64,000 bases of DNA, taken from an uncultured delta proteobacterium (GTDB lineage: Bacteria; Myxococcota; UBA727; VGSZ01). A model generated the notes under the pieces. It did no database searches, had not been told where the DNA came from, and saw only the letters and a program-made list of their open reading frames with translations. Of the stretch, positions 29,114 to 38,920 are shown in pieces; within the stretch, counting starts at the first letter, position 1; every line of letters begins with the position of its first letter. The position numbers were made by a program, and so were the translations under genes. The stretch lies in assembly GCA_963775425.1 (NCBI GenBank), contig CAVZJB010000011.1:128001-192000 (forward strand), in the 5' to 3' direction.

Positions 29114-29889
29114 CGTCGCCGCCGCCGCGGGCCTCTCGCTCTACCACCTGCATCGCCTGTTCACGGCGTTCTTCGGCCACTCCATCAAGGGGTACGTGCG
29201 CAAGCGCCGCCTCACCCACGCGGCGACGCTCCTGCGCACCACGAAGCGGAGCGTCCTCGACATCGCCCTCGAGTCCGGCTTCGAGAGCCAGGCGTCGTTC
29301 ACGCGCGCGTTCCGCGCGATGTTCGGCGCGCCGCCGGCGGCGTACCGGGTGGGCAGAACGCGGCCCTGGTACCGCGGGCTCGAGCCGGCCACCGCCGCGT
29401 CGCTCGATCACCTGCGGGACAGCATGACCCATGAGCCCACCATCCGGCTCTTCGAGCGCGCGCTGGCGGTGCGCGGCTTTGCGGCGCCCATCGACCTCGA
29501 CGACGAGCTGCCGGTGATGGCGCTGTGGGGACGCGTGCACGAGGAGCTCGGGCCGCTCGCCGTGGGCACGAGCTGCTACGGCGTCGTCCTCACAAGCGGC
29601 GCCGGCGTGCCTCACGGGCCGGAGCACCCCATCGCGTACCTCGCCGGCGTCGACGCCACGCAGATGGACGTCGCGGCGGCGCCGCACGCCGGCGCGGTGC
29701 CGCCCGGGCCGTACGCGGTGTTCGAGCACCGCGGGCCGGTGACCCAGATCGGCGCCACCGTCGACTACGCCTGGGGCACATGGCTGCCGCGCAGCGGGCG
29801 CGTGAAGGCGGCGCGGCCCGACTTCGAGCGCTCGGTGTTCGGCGCTGCGCCGTTCGTCGTCGAGATTCTGGATCGCCGTGGAGCCGTGA
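29034..29889 (+). CDS. AraC-family regulator with GyrI-like effector domain (apparent +1 frameshift at ~29866)
   Basis: RAIDHIEANL, GFESQASFTRAF, YAVFEHRGP and WLPRSG. Removing one T at 29866-29867 gives the typical end EIWIAVEP-stop. Confidence 0.8.
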
Positions 29890-29968
29890 CACGCTTGCGC
29901 GAAGCGCCTCGGGAGCTCGTTCATGGCGCCGCGGCAAAAGAGCGACGGCCCGCTGCAGCCGCGCCCTG

Positions 29969-30361
29969 TCATCGACGCGGTGACACCGCCGCCCGCAGCG
30001 AGGCTTCGACGAAGGCCTGGTACCGCTCGGCGGACCAACCCTGCTCCTGCACGAGGGTCCGGTAGACCTGCGGGTGGGAGACGGACCAGATGAGGGCCGC
30101 CAATCCCTCCTCGCCGAGGCCGGCGGCGACCTCGCCGCGGCCCGCGAGCTGCTGGGCGGCCCCGCCGTAGTTCTTGAGCCGCTGGTGCGCGCGGGTCCGC
30201 GCAAACGCCGCGATCTCCCCGTCGTGCCCGGCCGCCTCGTCCACCACGCGCCACAGAGCGGCCGTGCGCGCATGGACCTCGCTGAACCACGCGGCGAGCA
30301 CATGGATGGCGCCGGCGAGGTCCGGGGCCGCCGCCACGCGTTCCCGCATGAACTCCGGCAC
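29969..30361 (-). pseudogene. C-terminal half of a TetR-like regulator lacking the HTH
   Basis: W....PQVYRTLV.EQGWS.ERY pattern typical of TetR C-terminal domains; no N-terminal HTH frame upstream. Confidence 0.55.
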
Positions 30362-30629
30362 CGGACAGAGCGCGTGGCTGGAGTGCAGGTCGACGGACGC
30401 GTGCGCATGCCCAAGGTCGTCTGCGACGCCGTCCTCGTCTCGTGCGCGCGCGCCGCTCGCGGGCGGCGTCGGTGGAGCTGGCCTTCGTCAGCGCCCATGA
30501 CATGGCCGAGAAGATCGCGCGCATCCAGTTCCCCGGCTGACCGCCGCGCAAGCCGATTGCGTCCACATTGGTGCGTGCAATCGGGGTTCCGTCTCCGGTA
30601 GTTTGCAAGGCAAGATTCCTGGAGACGTC

Positions 30630-32147
30630 ATGCTTTCACGCGTGCTTTCCCTCGCGGTCCTCCTCTCGGGCCTTGTCTTCACCGTCGCCAGCTCGACCGC
30701 CTGCGAAGGAGAAGGAGAGGGCGAAGGCGAAGGAGAAGGCGAAGGAGAAGGCGAAGGAGAAGGCGAAGGAGAAGGCGAAGGAGAAGGCGAAGGAGAAGGC
30801 GAAGGAGAAGGCGAAGGAGAAGGCGAAGGCGAAGGCGAAGGAGAAGGAGAAGGCGAAGGAGAAGGAGAGGGCGAAGGGGAAGGCGAGGGCGAAGGGGAGG
30901 GCGAGGGCGAGGCGTTCGTCACGCTCGAGACGCCCCCTGACGCGACCCAGGCCACCGAGATCGCCGTCTCCGACGACGGCCGCTTCGTCGCTTTTGCCAC
31001 CGGCGACGCCCTCGACGCCCTCGACACCAACAACTTCAGCGACGTCTACGTCCTCGATCGCCAAAGCGGCGCCCTCACGTATGTGTCGCAGGGCTTCAAC
31101 GCCGACTGCACCACGCCGGTGATCTCCGGCGACGGCTCCACGGTGGCGTTCGTGACCCTCGGCAGCGGCGTCGCGGCGGACCAAAACGGCTCCTCCGACG
31201 TCTACGCCCACGGCCTCGCCGACGCCGACGGCGTCTACGAGCTCGTGAGCAGCCTGCCGGACGGAAACGCCGCCGGGAGCAGCACCGCGCCCGCGGTGTC
31301 GGCGGATGGCGCTGTGATCGCGTTCTTCTCGGGCGCCGCCGGCGTGGACGGCGTGTTCGCCGCTGCGCAGAACCAGGTCTACGTGCACGCCGCCGGCACC
31401 CCGGGGGCCACGCTCGTGAGCCGCACGTCGGGACCCGTCGGCACCTCCGCCATCTCTGATGGGCCGTGCGACGCCAACGCCACCAGCGTCGCCATCTCCA
31501 ACGACGGAAACCACGTCGCCTTCGTGTGCCAGGCGGACAACCTCGCGCAGGCGAGCACGCCCGCGGCGTCCAACACCGGCAAGCTCGACGTGGTGTTCGT
31601 GCACGACGTCGCCGCAGGCACCACGACGGCCATCTCGGTGCCGTCGGGCGCGGTGGATCCCGACGGCATCGCCCGCGACGTCGACATCTCCGCCGACGGC
31701 AGCAGCGTCTCCTTCGTCTCCGACTCCACCAACCTCGTCGCCGACGACAACGACGGCCTCGCCGACATCTTCGTCGCTGCGTCCGATGCCTCGTCGCTCA
31801 CCATCGTCACCGGCGTGTGCAGCGCCAGCTTCACGTGTAAGAGGAGCCCGCTCACGGCGGACGGCGCGCGCTTCCTCGCGAGCACGACCAACGCCCTCGA
31901 CGCCACCCTCGACGCCGGCGCCGCGGCGGACCTCTATCTCTTCGACGTGTCGGCGCTGTCGACGCCCGCGCTCGTGGATCGACGCTTCGGCGACGGCCAC
32001 GCGCCGCTCGGCGCCGGGACCACCATCGCCGACCTCGCCGCCGACGGATCCACGGCGGTCTTCGTGTCACCGAGCGGCACGCTCACGTCGCCGGCGCTGT
32101 CGGACGTGAGCTTCTTCGGCCGCGTCTACTCCGCGCTCTTGCCGTAG
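30630..32147 (+). CDS. (Glu-Gly)n-tract lipoprotein 2 with a TolB/PD40-like beta-propeller
   Basis: Lipobox-like STAC, ~34 EG units (30705-30911), repeated (V/I)S.DG..VAF and D.N...DVY motifs. Confidence 0.88.
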   Translation: MLSRVLSLAVLLSGLVFTVASSTACEGEGEGEGEGEGEGEGEGEGEGEGEGEGEGEGEGEGEGEGEGEGEGEGEGEGEGEGEGEGEGEGEGEGEAFVTLETPPDATQATEIAVSDDGRFVAFATGDALDALDTNNFSDVYVLDRQSGALTYVSQGFNADCTTPVISGDGSTVAFVTLGSGVAADQNGSSDVYAHGLADADGVYELVSSLPDGNAAGSSTAPAVSADGAVIAFFSGAAGVDGVFAAAQNQVYVHAAGTPGATLVSRTSGPVGTSAISDGPCDANATSVAISNDGNHVAFVCQADNLAQASTPAASNTGKLDVVFVHDVAAGTTTAISVPSGAVDPDGIARDVDISADGSSVSFVSDSTNLVADDNDGLADIFVAASDASSLTIVTGVCSASFTCKRSPLTADGARFLASTTNALDATLDAGAAADLYLFDVSALSTPALVDRRFGDGHAPLGAGTTIADLAADGSTAVFVSPSGTLTSPALSDVSFFGRVYSALLP

Positions 32148-32511
32148 CTCAGCCACCGGCGATTTCCTGCTGTTTCGCTACCCGGGCCTCGGAGGTTCCT
32201 ACGAGGCGCCTCTGGCCTCCGATCGCGGTGTCGAGGCGGCGTGGCGGCAATATGAGACGCGCCACCGGAAGCTCGCGACGCCGCGGCAGAAGAGCATGCG
32301 CTTCACCGCGTCGCTCCTCGTGCCGCAAACGCGCGCCGGCCTCGCCGTGAGGAACCTCGCGCTCAGGTCCTGCCGCTCGGCGGGTCCGCCCGGAGGCGCC
32401 GGTCGGCCTACGCCTGACTCGAGGCACCGCCGTCGCGCGGCTCCCCGGGTGACGCCGCCGGTGCCGCGCACGGGGCGCGGCTCGTTGCCTCGCCGTGGGA
32501 CGCTCGCGACG

Positions 32512-35500
32512 TCACGGGATGTACTCGGCGGGCGCGCGCGGCGTGCCCCCGTTGAAGAACACCGAGCCGTTGGCGCCGACGGCGCCGTCCATCAAGGTGG
32601 TGGGCTCGTTGTCGTGCGTGATGCCGGACCACGCGTCGGCCACGGGGTCGTAGCGGCCGCCGACGCCGGGGCTCTGCCACACCACGAAGGTGGTGCCGCT
32701 CCACGCGGCGAGCGTGGTGCGCGTGAGCGTGGGTCCGCCGCCGGCGAGCCGGCGCCAGGTGTTCGTCGTCGGATCGTAGGCGCCGCCGTCGACGCCGCCC
32801 CACTCGATGAGCTCGTCGCCGCTCCACGCGCACGCGGGGAAGAACGTGGCGCTCGGCGCGTTGGCGGCGCTCATCGGGCTCCACGCGTCGAGCGCGGGGT
32901 CGTAGCGCGCGCCGTCGCCGAGCGCGCCGCTCTGGTCGCGGCCGCCCCAGACGAGGACGAGCGCGCCGGTCCATTGCATGCACAGGTCCTCGCGCGGCGC
33001 CGGCGCGTCCGTGGACGGCAGCGCCGTCCACGTGTCGGCGTCGGGGTCGTAGCGGCCGCCGTCGCCGAGGGGGATGAAGTTGAACGTGTTGTCGAAGAAG
33101 CCGCCGCCGAACACGACGAGCTCGCTGTCGGTGAACACCGCGCCGTTGTTGGAGCGGCCGGCAGGCGCGTTGGTGCTGGTGATGGGCGACCACGCGTCGA
33201 GAACGGGGTCGTACGAGAAGCCGGTGGAGAAGCGCGAGGTGCTGTTGCCGCGCCCGCCCCAGACGAGCAGCGCGGCCCCGCTCCACGCGACGGACGGATC
33301 GAGGCGGAACTCGGGCTGCCCGACGTCGCTCATCTGCGAGAACGCGCCGGTGTCGATGTCGTAGCGCGTGCCGGGCCGCTCGTGGAAGCTCAGGATCTCG
33401 ATGCCGGTGAAGGCCGGGCGGTTGCTCGCCATCCCGGGCGCGGTGTCGGTGGCGGTCCACGCGTCGGCGGCGACGTCGTAGCGGCCCCCGTCGCTCTGCT
33501 GTGCGCCGCCCCACACGATCATCTCGTTGCCGGTGAACGCCGCGCCGTGCGAGGTGCGCGCCGGCGGCGCGTTCGTGGCGCTCGTCGGCGTCCAGGCGTC
33601 GGCGACGGGGTCGTACACGCCGCCGTCCCCGACCGGCAGCGTGCTCGAGAACGGCCGCCCGCCCCAGATGATCATGCGCGTCCCCGTCCACACGGCGGTC
33701 TGCTCGACGCGCGCGGAGGGCGCGCTCGTCGTCGTCACCGGCGCCCACGTGTCGGTGCCCGGGTCGTAGCGGCCGCCGGCGACGGCGCTGTTGTGCTCGC
33801 CCCACACGACCATCTGCTCGCCGGTGAACACGGCGGTGCCGGTGAACGGCATCAAGGGCTGCCCGGTGGTGGACATCGCGCTCCACGCGTCGGTCGCCGG
33901 GTCGTAGCGCAGGCCGCCGCCGAAGCCGCTGCCGCCGAACACGAGCATCTCGGTGCCGGTCCACACCGCGGCGTGTCCGCTGCGGCCGGAGGGCGCGTCG
34001 GCGATGGGCGCCCACGTGTCGGTGGCGGGGTCGTAGGAGGCGCCGTCGACGAGCGGGAAGCTGCCCGCGTTGCCGCCCCAGACGATCACGTGGTCGCCCG
34101 TCCACACCGCCGTCTCGCCGCTGCGCGAGCGGGGCGCGCCGACGACGCTGACGGGCTGCCAGCGATCGAGCTCGGGGTCGTAACGGCCGCCGCTGGTGCC
34201 GCCGGTGCCGCCCCAGACGATCATCTCGCGCCCGGTCCACACCGTGTCTTGCTGTGACCGCGCGCTCGGCGCGCCGACGTTGGTGATGTTGTGCCAGCGA
34301 TCGGTGACGGGGTCGTAGCGCCCGCCCGTCGCCGTCTCGTTGCCGAAGCTGTTCTGGTTGGTGCCGCCCCAGACGAGCAGCTCCATGCCGCTCCACACGA
34401 TGGACGCGTGGAAGCGTCCCGCGGGCACGGAGTCCGGGATGACCCACACGTCGCTGCCGCGCACCGTCACGCCGACGTGGTTGCTGTCGATGCCGCCGGC
34501 GGTGGCGACGAAGAGGTCGTCGAGCCCCGCGGGCGTCGACGCGGCCACGTCGAACGACGCGGCGTCGTCGGCCCACCCGGTGACGGTCATCGGCGTCGCG
34601 CCGATGGCACCGGCGCCGCTGGCCGTGCCGAAGGAGCTGCCGCTGATCTGAAGCGACGCGCCCGGCGAAAACGACGACGGGTCGACGTCGCGGATCCACG
34701 GCAGGATGCCGAGCGTGGCCGTGGCGCTTTTCGGGTTGACCGACACGGTGACGTCGCCGGCGTCGAGCGTCGCGGGGATGACGGCGACGATGAGGCTGTC
34801 GGACCACGTCGTCACTTGCGCGGTGACGCCGCCGATGACGACGGTGGAGCCGCCCTGCACGTCACCGAAGCCCGTGCCCTCGATGATCAGCGGGCCACCC
34901 ACGGCGCCGCGCTCCGGCGTGAGCGCCCGGATGAGCGTGGCGCCCACGGTCCACGTCCACAGCGGCGGCACGGCCTCGACGTTGCCGGCGTCGTCGGTGG
35001 CCTCGATCTGCATCACGTGCGCGCCGTCGCCGAGCGCGTCGATGGTGAACGGCGAGGTGCACGGGGCGGCGGCGGCCGCGTCGAGGGCGCACAGGAAGGT
35101 GGCCTGCTCGTTTGCGACGAAGCGGAACGTGGCGGACGTGTCGGCGGAGCTCGGGGGTCCCGCGAGGATGGTGGTCGTCGGCGCGGTGAGGTCGAGGGTC
35201 CAGCCAGCGAAGGCGGCCGCGCCGCGGTTGCCGGCGGCGTCGTCGGCGGTGACGCGGAATTGGTGCGGGCCCTCGGCGAGCGCGGGGGTGTCGACGGGCG
35301 ACACGCAGGCGGCGAAGGCGCCGGCGTCGACGGCGCAGCGGAAGGTGCACGCCCCCTCGCTGCAGTGGAACGCGACGTGGGCGGCGGCGGCGTTCGTGAG
35401 CGCCGGCGGCGCCTCGTCGATGACGACGGTGGGCGCCGCGGTGTCCACGGTCCAGTCGACGGTCCGTGCGTCGGTGCCGCCGGCGCTCGTGGCGGTGACG

Positions 35501-36048
35501 GTGAAGCTGTGGTCGCCGTCGCCGACGGAGATGTTCTGGGGCGAGGTGCAGGGCGCTTCCGTGGCGCCGTCGACGGCGCAGGTGAAGGTGCACGTCTGAT
35601 CGCAGGTGAAGGCGAACGTCGCCGCGCTCTGGTTCGTCAGCGCCGGCGGCGCCGCCGTGACCGTCAGGACCGGCGCGACGTCGCCCTCTCCTTCACCCTC
35701 GCCTTCGCCTTCTCCCTCTCCTTCGCCTTCGCCTTCACCCTCGCCTTCTCCTTCACCCTCGCCTTCTCCTTCACCTTCTCCTTCTCCTTCACCCTCGCCT
35801 TCTCCTTCACCCTCGCCTTCTCCTTCGCCTTCTCCTTCTCCCTCGCCTTCTCCTTCACCCTCGCCTTCGCCTTCGCCTTCGCCCTCGCCCTCGCCTTCTC
35901 CTTCACCCTCGCCTTCGCCCTCGCCTTCCGCGGGCCCTGCGTCGGGCGACGGCGCCGGCGGGGCGGGACAGGCGGTCGCGGCCAAGAGCCAGGCGAGGAC
36001 GGACAGGACCGAAAAGACCTTCAAACGCCTCAATTCCCTGGCGAGCAT
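32512..36048 (-). CDS. (Glu-Gly)n-tract lipoprotein 3 with Ig-like, IPT/TIG and Kelch repeats
   Basis: Lipobox ATAC, ~41 EG units (35683-35928), three CTSP/TD.AGN Ig-like units, TIG domains, about 12 VWTG..M.VWGG...GGRYDP..D.W Kelch repeats. Confidence 0.9.
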   Translation of the reverse strand: MLARELRRLKVFSVLSVLAWLLAATACPAPPAPSPDAGPAEGEGEGEGEGEGEGEGEGEGEGEGEGEGEGEGEGEGEGEGEGEGEGEGEGEGEGEGEGEGEGEGEGEGEGEGEGEGEGEGEGDVAPVLTVTAAPPALTNQSAATFAFTCDQTCTFTCAVDGATEAPCTSPQNISVGDGDHSFTVTATSAGGTDARTVDWTVDTAAPTVVIDEAPPALTNAAAAHVAFHCSEGACTFRCAVDAGAFAACVSPVDTPALAEGPHQFRVTADDAAGNRGAAAFAGWTLDLTAPTTTILAGPPSSADTSATFRFVANEQATFLCALDAAAAAPCTSPFTIDALGDGAHVMQIEATDDAGNVEAVPPLWTWTVGATLIRALTPERGAVGGPLIIEGTGFGDVQGGSTVVIGGVTAQVTTWSDSLIVAVIPATLDAGDVTVSVNPKSATATLGILPWIRDVDPSSFSPGASLQISGSSFGTASGAGAIGATPMTVTGWADDAASFDVAASTPAGLDDLFVATAGGIDSNHVGVTVRGSDVWVIPDSVPAGRFHASIVWSGMELLVWGGTNQNSFGNETATGGRYDPVTDRWHNITNVGAPSARSQQDTVWTGREMIVWGGTGGTSGGRYDPELDRWQPVSVVGAPRSRSGETAVWTGDHVIVWGGNAGSFPLVDGASYDPATDTWAPIADAPSGRSGHAAVWTGTEMLVFGGSGFGGGLRYDPATDAWSAMSTTGQPLMPFTGTAVFTGEQMVVWGEHNSAVAGGRYDPGTDTWAPVTTTSAPSARVEQTAVWTGTRMIIWGGRPFSSTLPVGDGGVYDPVADAWTPTSATNAPPARTSHGAAFTGNEMIVWGGAQQSDGGRYDVAADAWTATDTAPGMASNRPAFTGIEILSFHERPGTRYDIDTGAFSQMSDVGQPEFRLDPSVAWSGAALLVWGGRGNSTSRFSTGFSYDPVLDAWSPITSTNAPAGRSNNGAVFTDSELVVFGGGFFDNTFNFIPLGDGGRYDPDADTWTALPSTDAPAPREDLCMQWTGALVLVWGGRDQSGALGDGARYDPALDAWSPMSAANAPSATFFPACAWSGDELIEWGGVDGGAYDPTTNTWRRLAGGGPTLTRTTLAAWSGTTFVVWQSPGVGGRYDPVADAWSGITHDNEPTTLMDGAVGANGSVFFNGGTPRAPAEYIP

Positions 36049-36076
36049 CCCATGCGCTCTCCAGCGGCAGCAAGGT
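36007..36076. repeat. 70-bp dispersed repeat, copy 2 (leader and first codons of lipoprotein 3)
   Basis: 59/70 identical to 21821-21890. Confidence 0.85.
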
Positions 36077-36078
36077 GG

Positions 36079-36645
36079 CTAGCGGCCTCGCCTCTCGAGG
36101 AGCCCTCTTCCCTCGAAGATCGCGGGCATCGCCTTGTCGATCCTCGCGATCCGCGTCGCAGGCTGCTTCGCGCCGGCGAAGTGGAACAGGTAGCCCCTTC
36201 GCCGCCCGGGCGTCAGCGCCTCGAACGCGCGCTTGAACCGCGGGTCCTTGCGAAACTTCTCCTTCAGCTCGTCGGGCACGGGCAGGTCCGGGCGGCTCTT
36301 GTCCACCTTCAACCCGGCCTTCTCGGCCGCCACGGCTTCGCGCACGTAGGCCTTGATGGTCGCGGCCTTCGTCGCGATCTCCTTCGCGCCGGTGAACTTC
36401 ATCACCCGCGCTGCCTGAACCTGCCCGAGCTGCACCAGCAGCTTCTTCGGGTCCTTCAGCAGCGCACCTTGAAAGAAGCCCAACGCGCAATACTCCTTGA
36501 AGCCCTGGATGATGACGACGTTCTTGCCGTCCATCGTGTAGCAGGGCTTCCCCCACTTGCACTCCTCCTTCAAATCGAAGCCGGACAGGAGCCTCTGCAG
36601 CTCGGCAATCTCAGCCCGCCACCGCTGTCGATACGCCATCTCCAT
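36079..36645 (-). CDS. YdeI/OmpD-associated (DUF1801) family protein
   Basis: EECKWGKPCYT, FFQGALLKDP, FEALTPGRRRGY and AKQ..TR..RI motifs. Confidence 0.88.
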   Translation of the reverse strand: MEMAYRQRWRAEIAELQRLLSGFDLKEECKWGKPCYTMDGKNVVIIQGFKEYCALGFFQGALLKDPKKLLVQLGQVQAARVMKFTGAKEIATKAATIKAYVREAVAAEKAGLKVDKSRPDLPVPDELKEKFRKDPRFKRAFEALTPGRRRGYLFHFAGAKQPATRIARIDKAMPAIFEGRGLLERRGR

Positions 36646-36870
36646 GCTGCACCTCCTCGTTGCACGTCGCGATGGGGCCGGAAGGGCGACGCCGTCGGAT
36701 CCGATGCTACCGACATGCGTCCCGCCTGAAGAGCCCTCGGCTCGGGCGTTCCGACGCGTCACCGGGGACATGCCGTCGGCGCGGAGGGACCTGCGGGTCA
36801 CCGGTGATGCTCGCCGCCAACGCCACAACGACAGCGAGGACGGGCACAGTGCGTGTATAACAGCCTTCGC

Positions 36871-38202
36871 ATGACGCGCGACGACGAGACCACCATGGGC
36901 CCGAGCCAGGCTCGCGCGCGGCACCCGCCACGCGCGACGCTGCGGGTGGTGTTCTCGGGCGACGCCCCGACCGTCGACGTTCACGCGTTGCGCCAGGGGA
37001 CCACCGCCGTCGGCCGCAGCGTCGACGCCGTGCTCGGCATCCGCCTCGACGACCCGCGGCTGTCGCGCGAGCACGCCGTCGTCGTCGTCGACGGGGGCCG
37101 CGTGCGCGTGGTGAACAAGAGCCAGCACGGCACGTTCCAAAACGGCGTGGCCGTCGAGGACGCCCTGCTCGCCGACGGCGACGTGCTTCAGCTCGGCGAC
37201 ACCTTCGCCGTCTTCCGGCTCGTGCCCGCGGACGTCGTCGACGTGATCAACAACGCCATCATCGGCGTGTCGCCGGCGGCGGCCCAGTTGCGCTCGACGG
37301 TGAAGCTCGTCGGGCCCACCGGCGCCTCCGTGCTGCTGCTCGGGCCCACCGGCGCCGGCAAAGACGTGCTCGCCCGCGCCCTCCACGACGAGAGCGGGCG
37401 CACGGGCGCGTTCATCGCCGTGAACGCCACGGCCATCCCCGAGAGCCTCGCGGAGAGCCAGCTCTTCGGCCACCTCGCCGGATCGTTCACGGGCGCCAAG
37501 GGCGATCATCCGGGGTGGTTCCGGCAGGCCGACGGCGGGACGCTGTTCCTCGACGAGGTCGGCGACATCCCGCTCGCGCTCCAGCCCAAGCTCCTGCGCG
37601 TCCTCGACGAACGGCGCGTCACTCCGGTGGGCGCCGCCCACGCCGTGCCGGTCGACGTCCGCGTGCTCGCCGCCACCAACGCGGACCTCGAGGCCCGCGT
37701 CGCCGACGGCCGCTTCCGCGGTGATCTCTACGCGCGGCTCGCCGAGATCTCGGTGCGGCTGCCGCCGCTGTCGGCGCGCAAGGAAGACGTGATGCCGCTG
37801 TTCGAGCACGCGCTGCCCAAGGGGCACGCTCCCTACGAGCCCGCCCTCGTGCGCGCGCTGCTCGCGTACGCGTGGCCCTACAACGTGCGTGAGGTGATGA
37901 AGGTGGCCACCGAGCTCGCCGTGCGCGGCGAGGGCCGCCCGCTGCTGGCGCTGGACCTCGTGGAGGAGCGGCTGCGCAGCCGCCCCGCGCCCGCCGGGGG
38001 CCCCCCGGCGACGAGCGCGCCCGCGCCCGCCGGCGACCCCGCGCGCGATCCGGTGCCGGACAAGGAGCAGCTTCAAGAGCTGCTCAAGCGCCATCGCGGC
38101 GTCATCGCGGAGATCGCCCGGGCCACCGGCCGCTCGCGCAAGCAGGTCTACCGCTGGCTCGACAAGCACGGCCTGCGCGGCGCCCTCGCCGACGACACCT
38201 GA
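36871..38202 (+). CDS. FHA-domain sigma54-dependent enhancer-binding protein
   Basis: FHA (GR..D..LSREH..S.HGT..NG), Walker A GPTGAGKD, GSFTGA loop, FLDEVGD, WP.NVRE, C-terminal HTH. Confidence 0.93.
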   Translation: MTRDDETTMGPSQARARHPPRATLRVVFSGDAPTVDVHALRQGTTAVGRSVDAVLGIRLDDPRLSREHAVVVVDGGRVRVVNKSQHGTFQNGVAVEDALLADGDVLQLGDTFAVFRLVPADVVDVINNAIIGVSPAAAQLRSTVKLVGPTGASVLLLGPTGAGKDVLARALHDESGRTGAFIAVNATAIPESLAESQLFGHLAGSFTGAKGDHPGWFRQADGGTLFLDEVGDIPLALQPKLLRVLDERRVTPVGAAHAVPVDVRVLAATNADLEARVADGRFRGDLYARLAEISVRLPPLSARKEDVMPLFEHALPKGHAPYEPALVRALLAYAWPYNVREVMKVATELAVRGEGRPLLALDLVEERLRSRPAPAGGPPATSAPAPAGDPARDPVPDKEQLQELLKRHRGVIAEIARATGRSRKQVYRWLDKHGLRGALADDT

Positions 38203-38303
38203 AGCGAGAAAAAAAGCTGAGGCACGCACTCTGAAGAGAAGTGCTGCCGACCGGAGGGAGGCGCGCACTCTGACCGAGCGAAGCGAGGGAAGGCGTGCGG
38301 AAC

Positions 38304-38332
38304 AAAAAAAGAAAGGCCCGCTTGCGCGGGCC
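38304..38332 (-). terminator. Rho-independent terminator of the RRM gene
   Basis: Minus strand GGCCCGC-GCAA-GCGGGCC followed by TTTCTTTTTTT. Confidence 0.85.
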
Positions 38333-38364
38333 CTCCTCGTCGTCACGAGAGTGACGACGTCAAC

Positions 38365-38670
38365 TCACCAGCGCTTGCCGCCGCGGCCACCGCCGCCGCC
38401 GCCGCCGCCGAAGCCGCTCTCCTTGGGGCGCGCGACGTTCACCGTGAGCGCGCGGCCTTCGTACATCTGCCCGTCGAGGGCGCTGATGGCGGCCTTGGCC
38501 GCCTGGTCGGTGCCCATCTCGACGAAGCCGAAGCCGCGGGAGCGGCCGGTCTCGCGATCGGTGACGATCGAGGAACGATCGACGCTGCCGTAGCTGGCGA
38601 AGAGCTGCGCGAGCTGCTCCTCAGTGGTGTTGAACGAGAGGTTTCCGACGTAGAGCTTGTTTTCAGCCAT
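38365..38670 (-). CDS. RRM RNA-binding protein with a Gly-rich tail
   Basis: KLYVGNL (RNP2), RSRGFGFVEM (RNP1), GGG tail. Confidence 0.95.
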   Translation of the reverse strand: MAENKLYVGNLSFNTTEEQLAQLFASYGSVDRSSIVTDRETGRSRGFGFVEMGTDQAAKAAISALDGQMYEGRALTVNVARPKESGFGGGGGGGGRGGKRW

Positions 38671-38818
38671 TTGAGAACTTTCCCGGGAACTGCTGCGCCT
38701 TCCCACCGTCACCCATTGACGGCATGGAAGCCCAGCTTCTGGACGCTTGCGAGCGCGCGACGGCTGCTGTTTTGAGGGGCAGTGGGGCGAGCAAACAGGT
38801 CGAACCAGACCTGTGTAC

Positions 38819-38846
38819 AGAGTACGGGCTCGGGCGCACGAAGCAA
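38819..38846 (-). promoter_or_regulatory. Candidate sigma70 promoter giving a ~140-nt leader to the RRM gene
   Basis: Minus strand TTGCTT-16 nt-TACTCT. Confidence 0.45.
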
Positions 38847-38920
38847 GATCATTCGACGGGATCGGCTCCGGTGGCGCACGGACGCCGAATTTCCGACCGG
38901 ACGGAGCCGCGGCCGCGCCG

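Noticed and set aside
30636-36082. (SP)n, (FA/FS)n and (KAKE)n repeat ORFs overlapping the EG tracts
   Set aside because: They are alternative-frame or antisense readings of the same hexamer arrays; only the EG frame has a lipobox and a coherent downstream domain.
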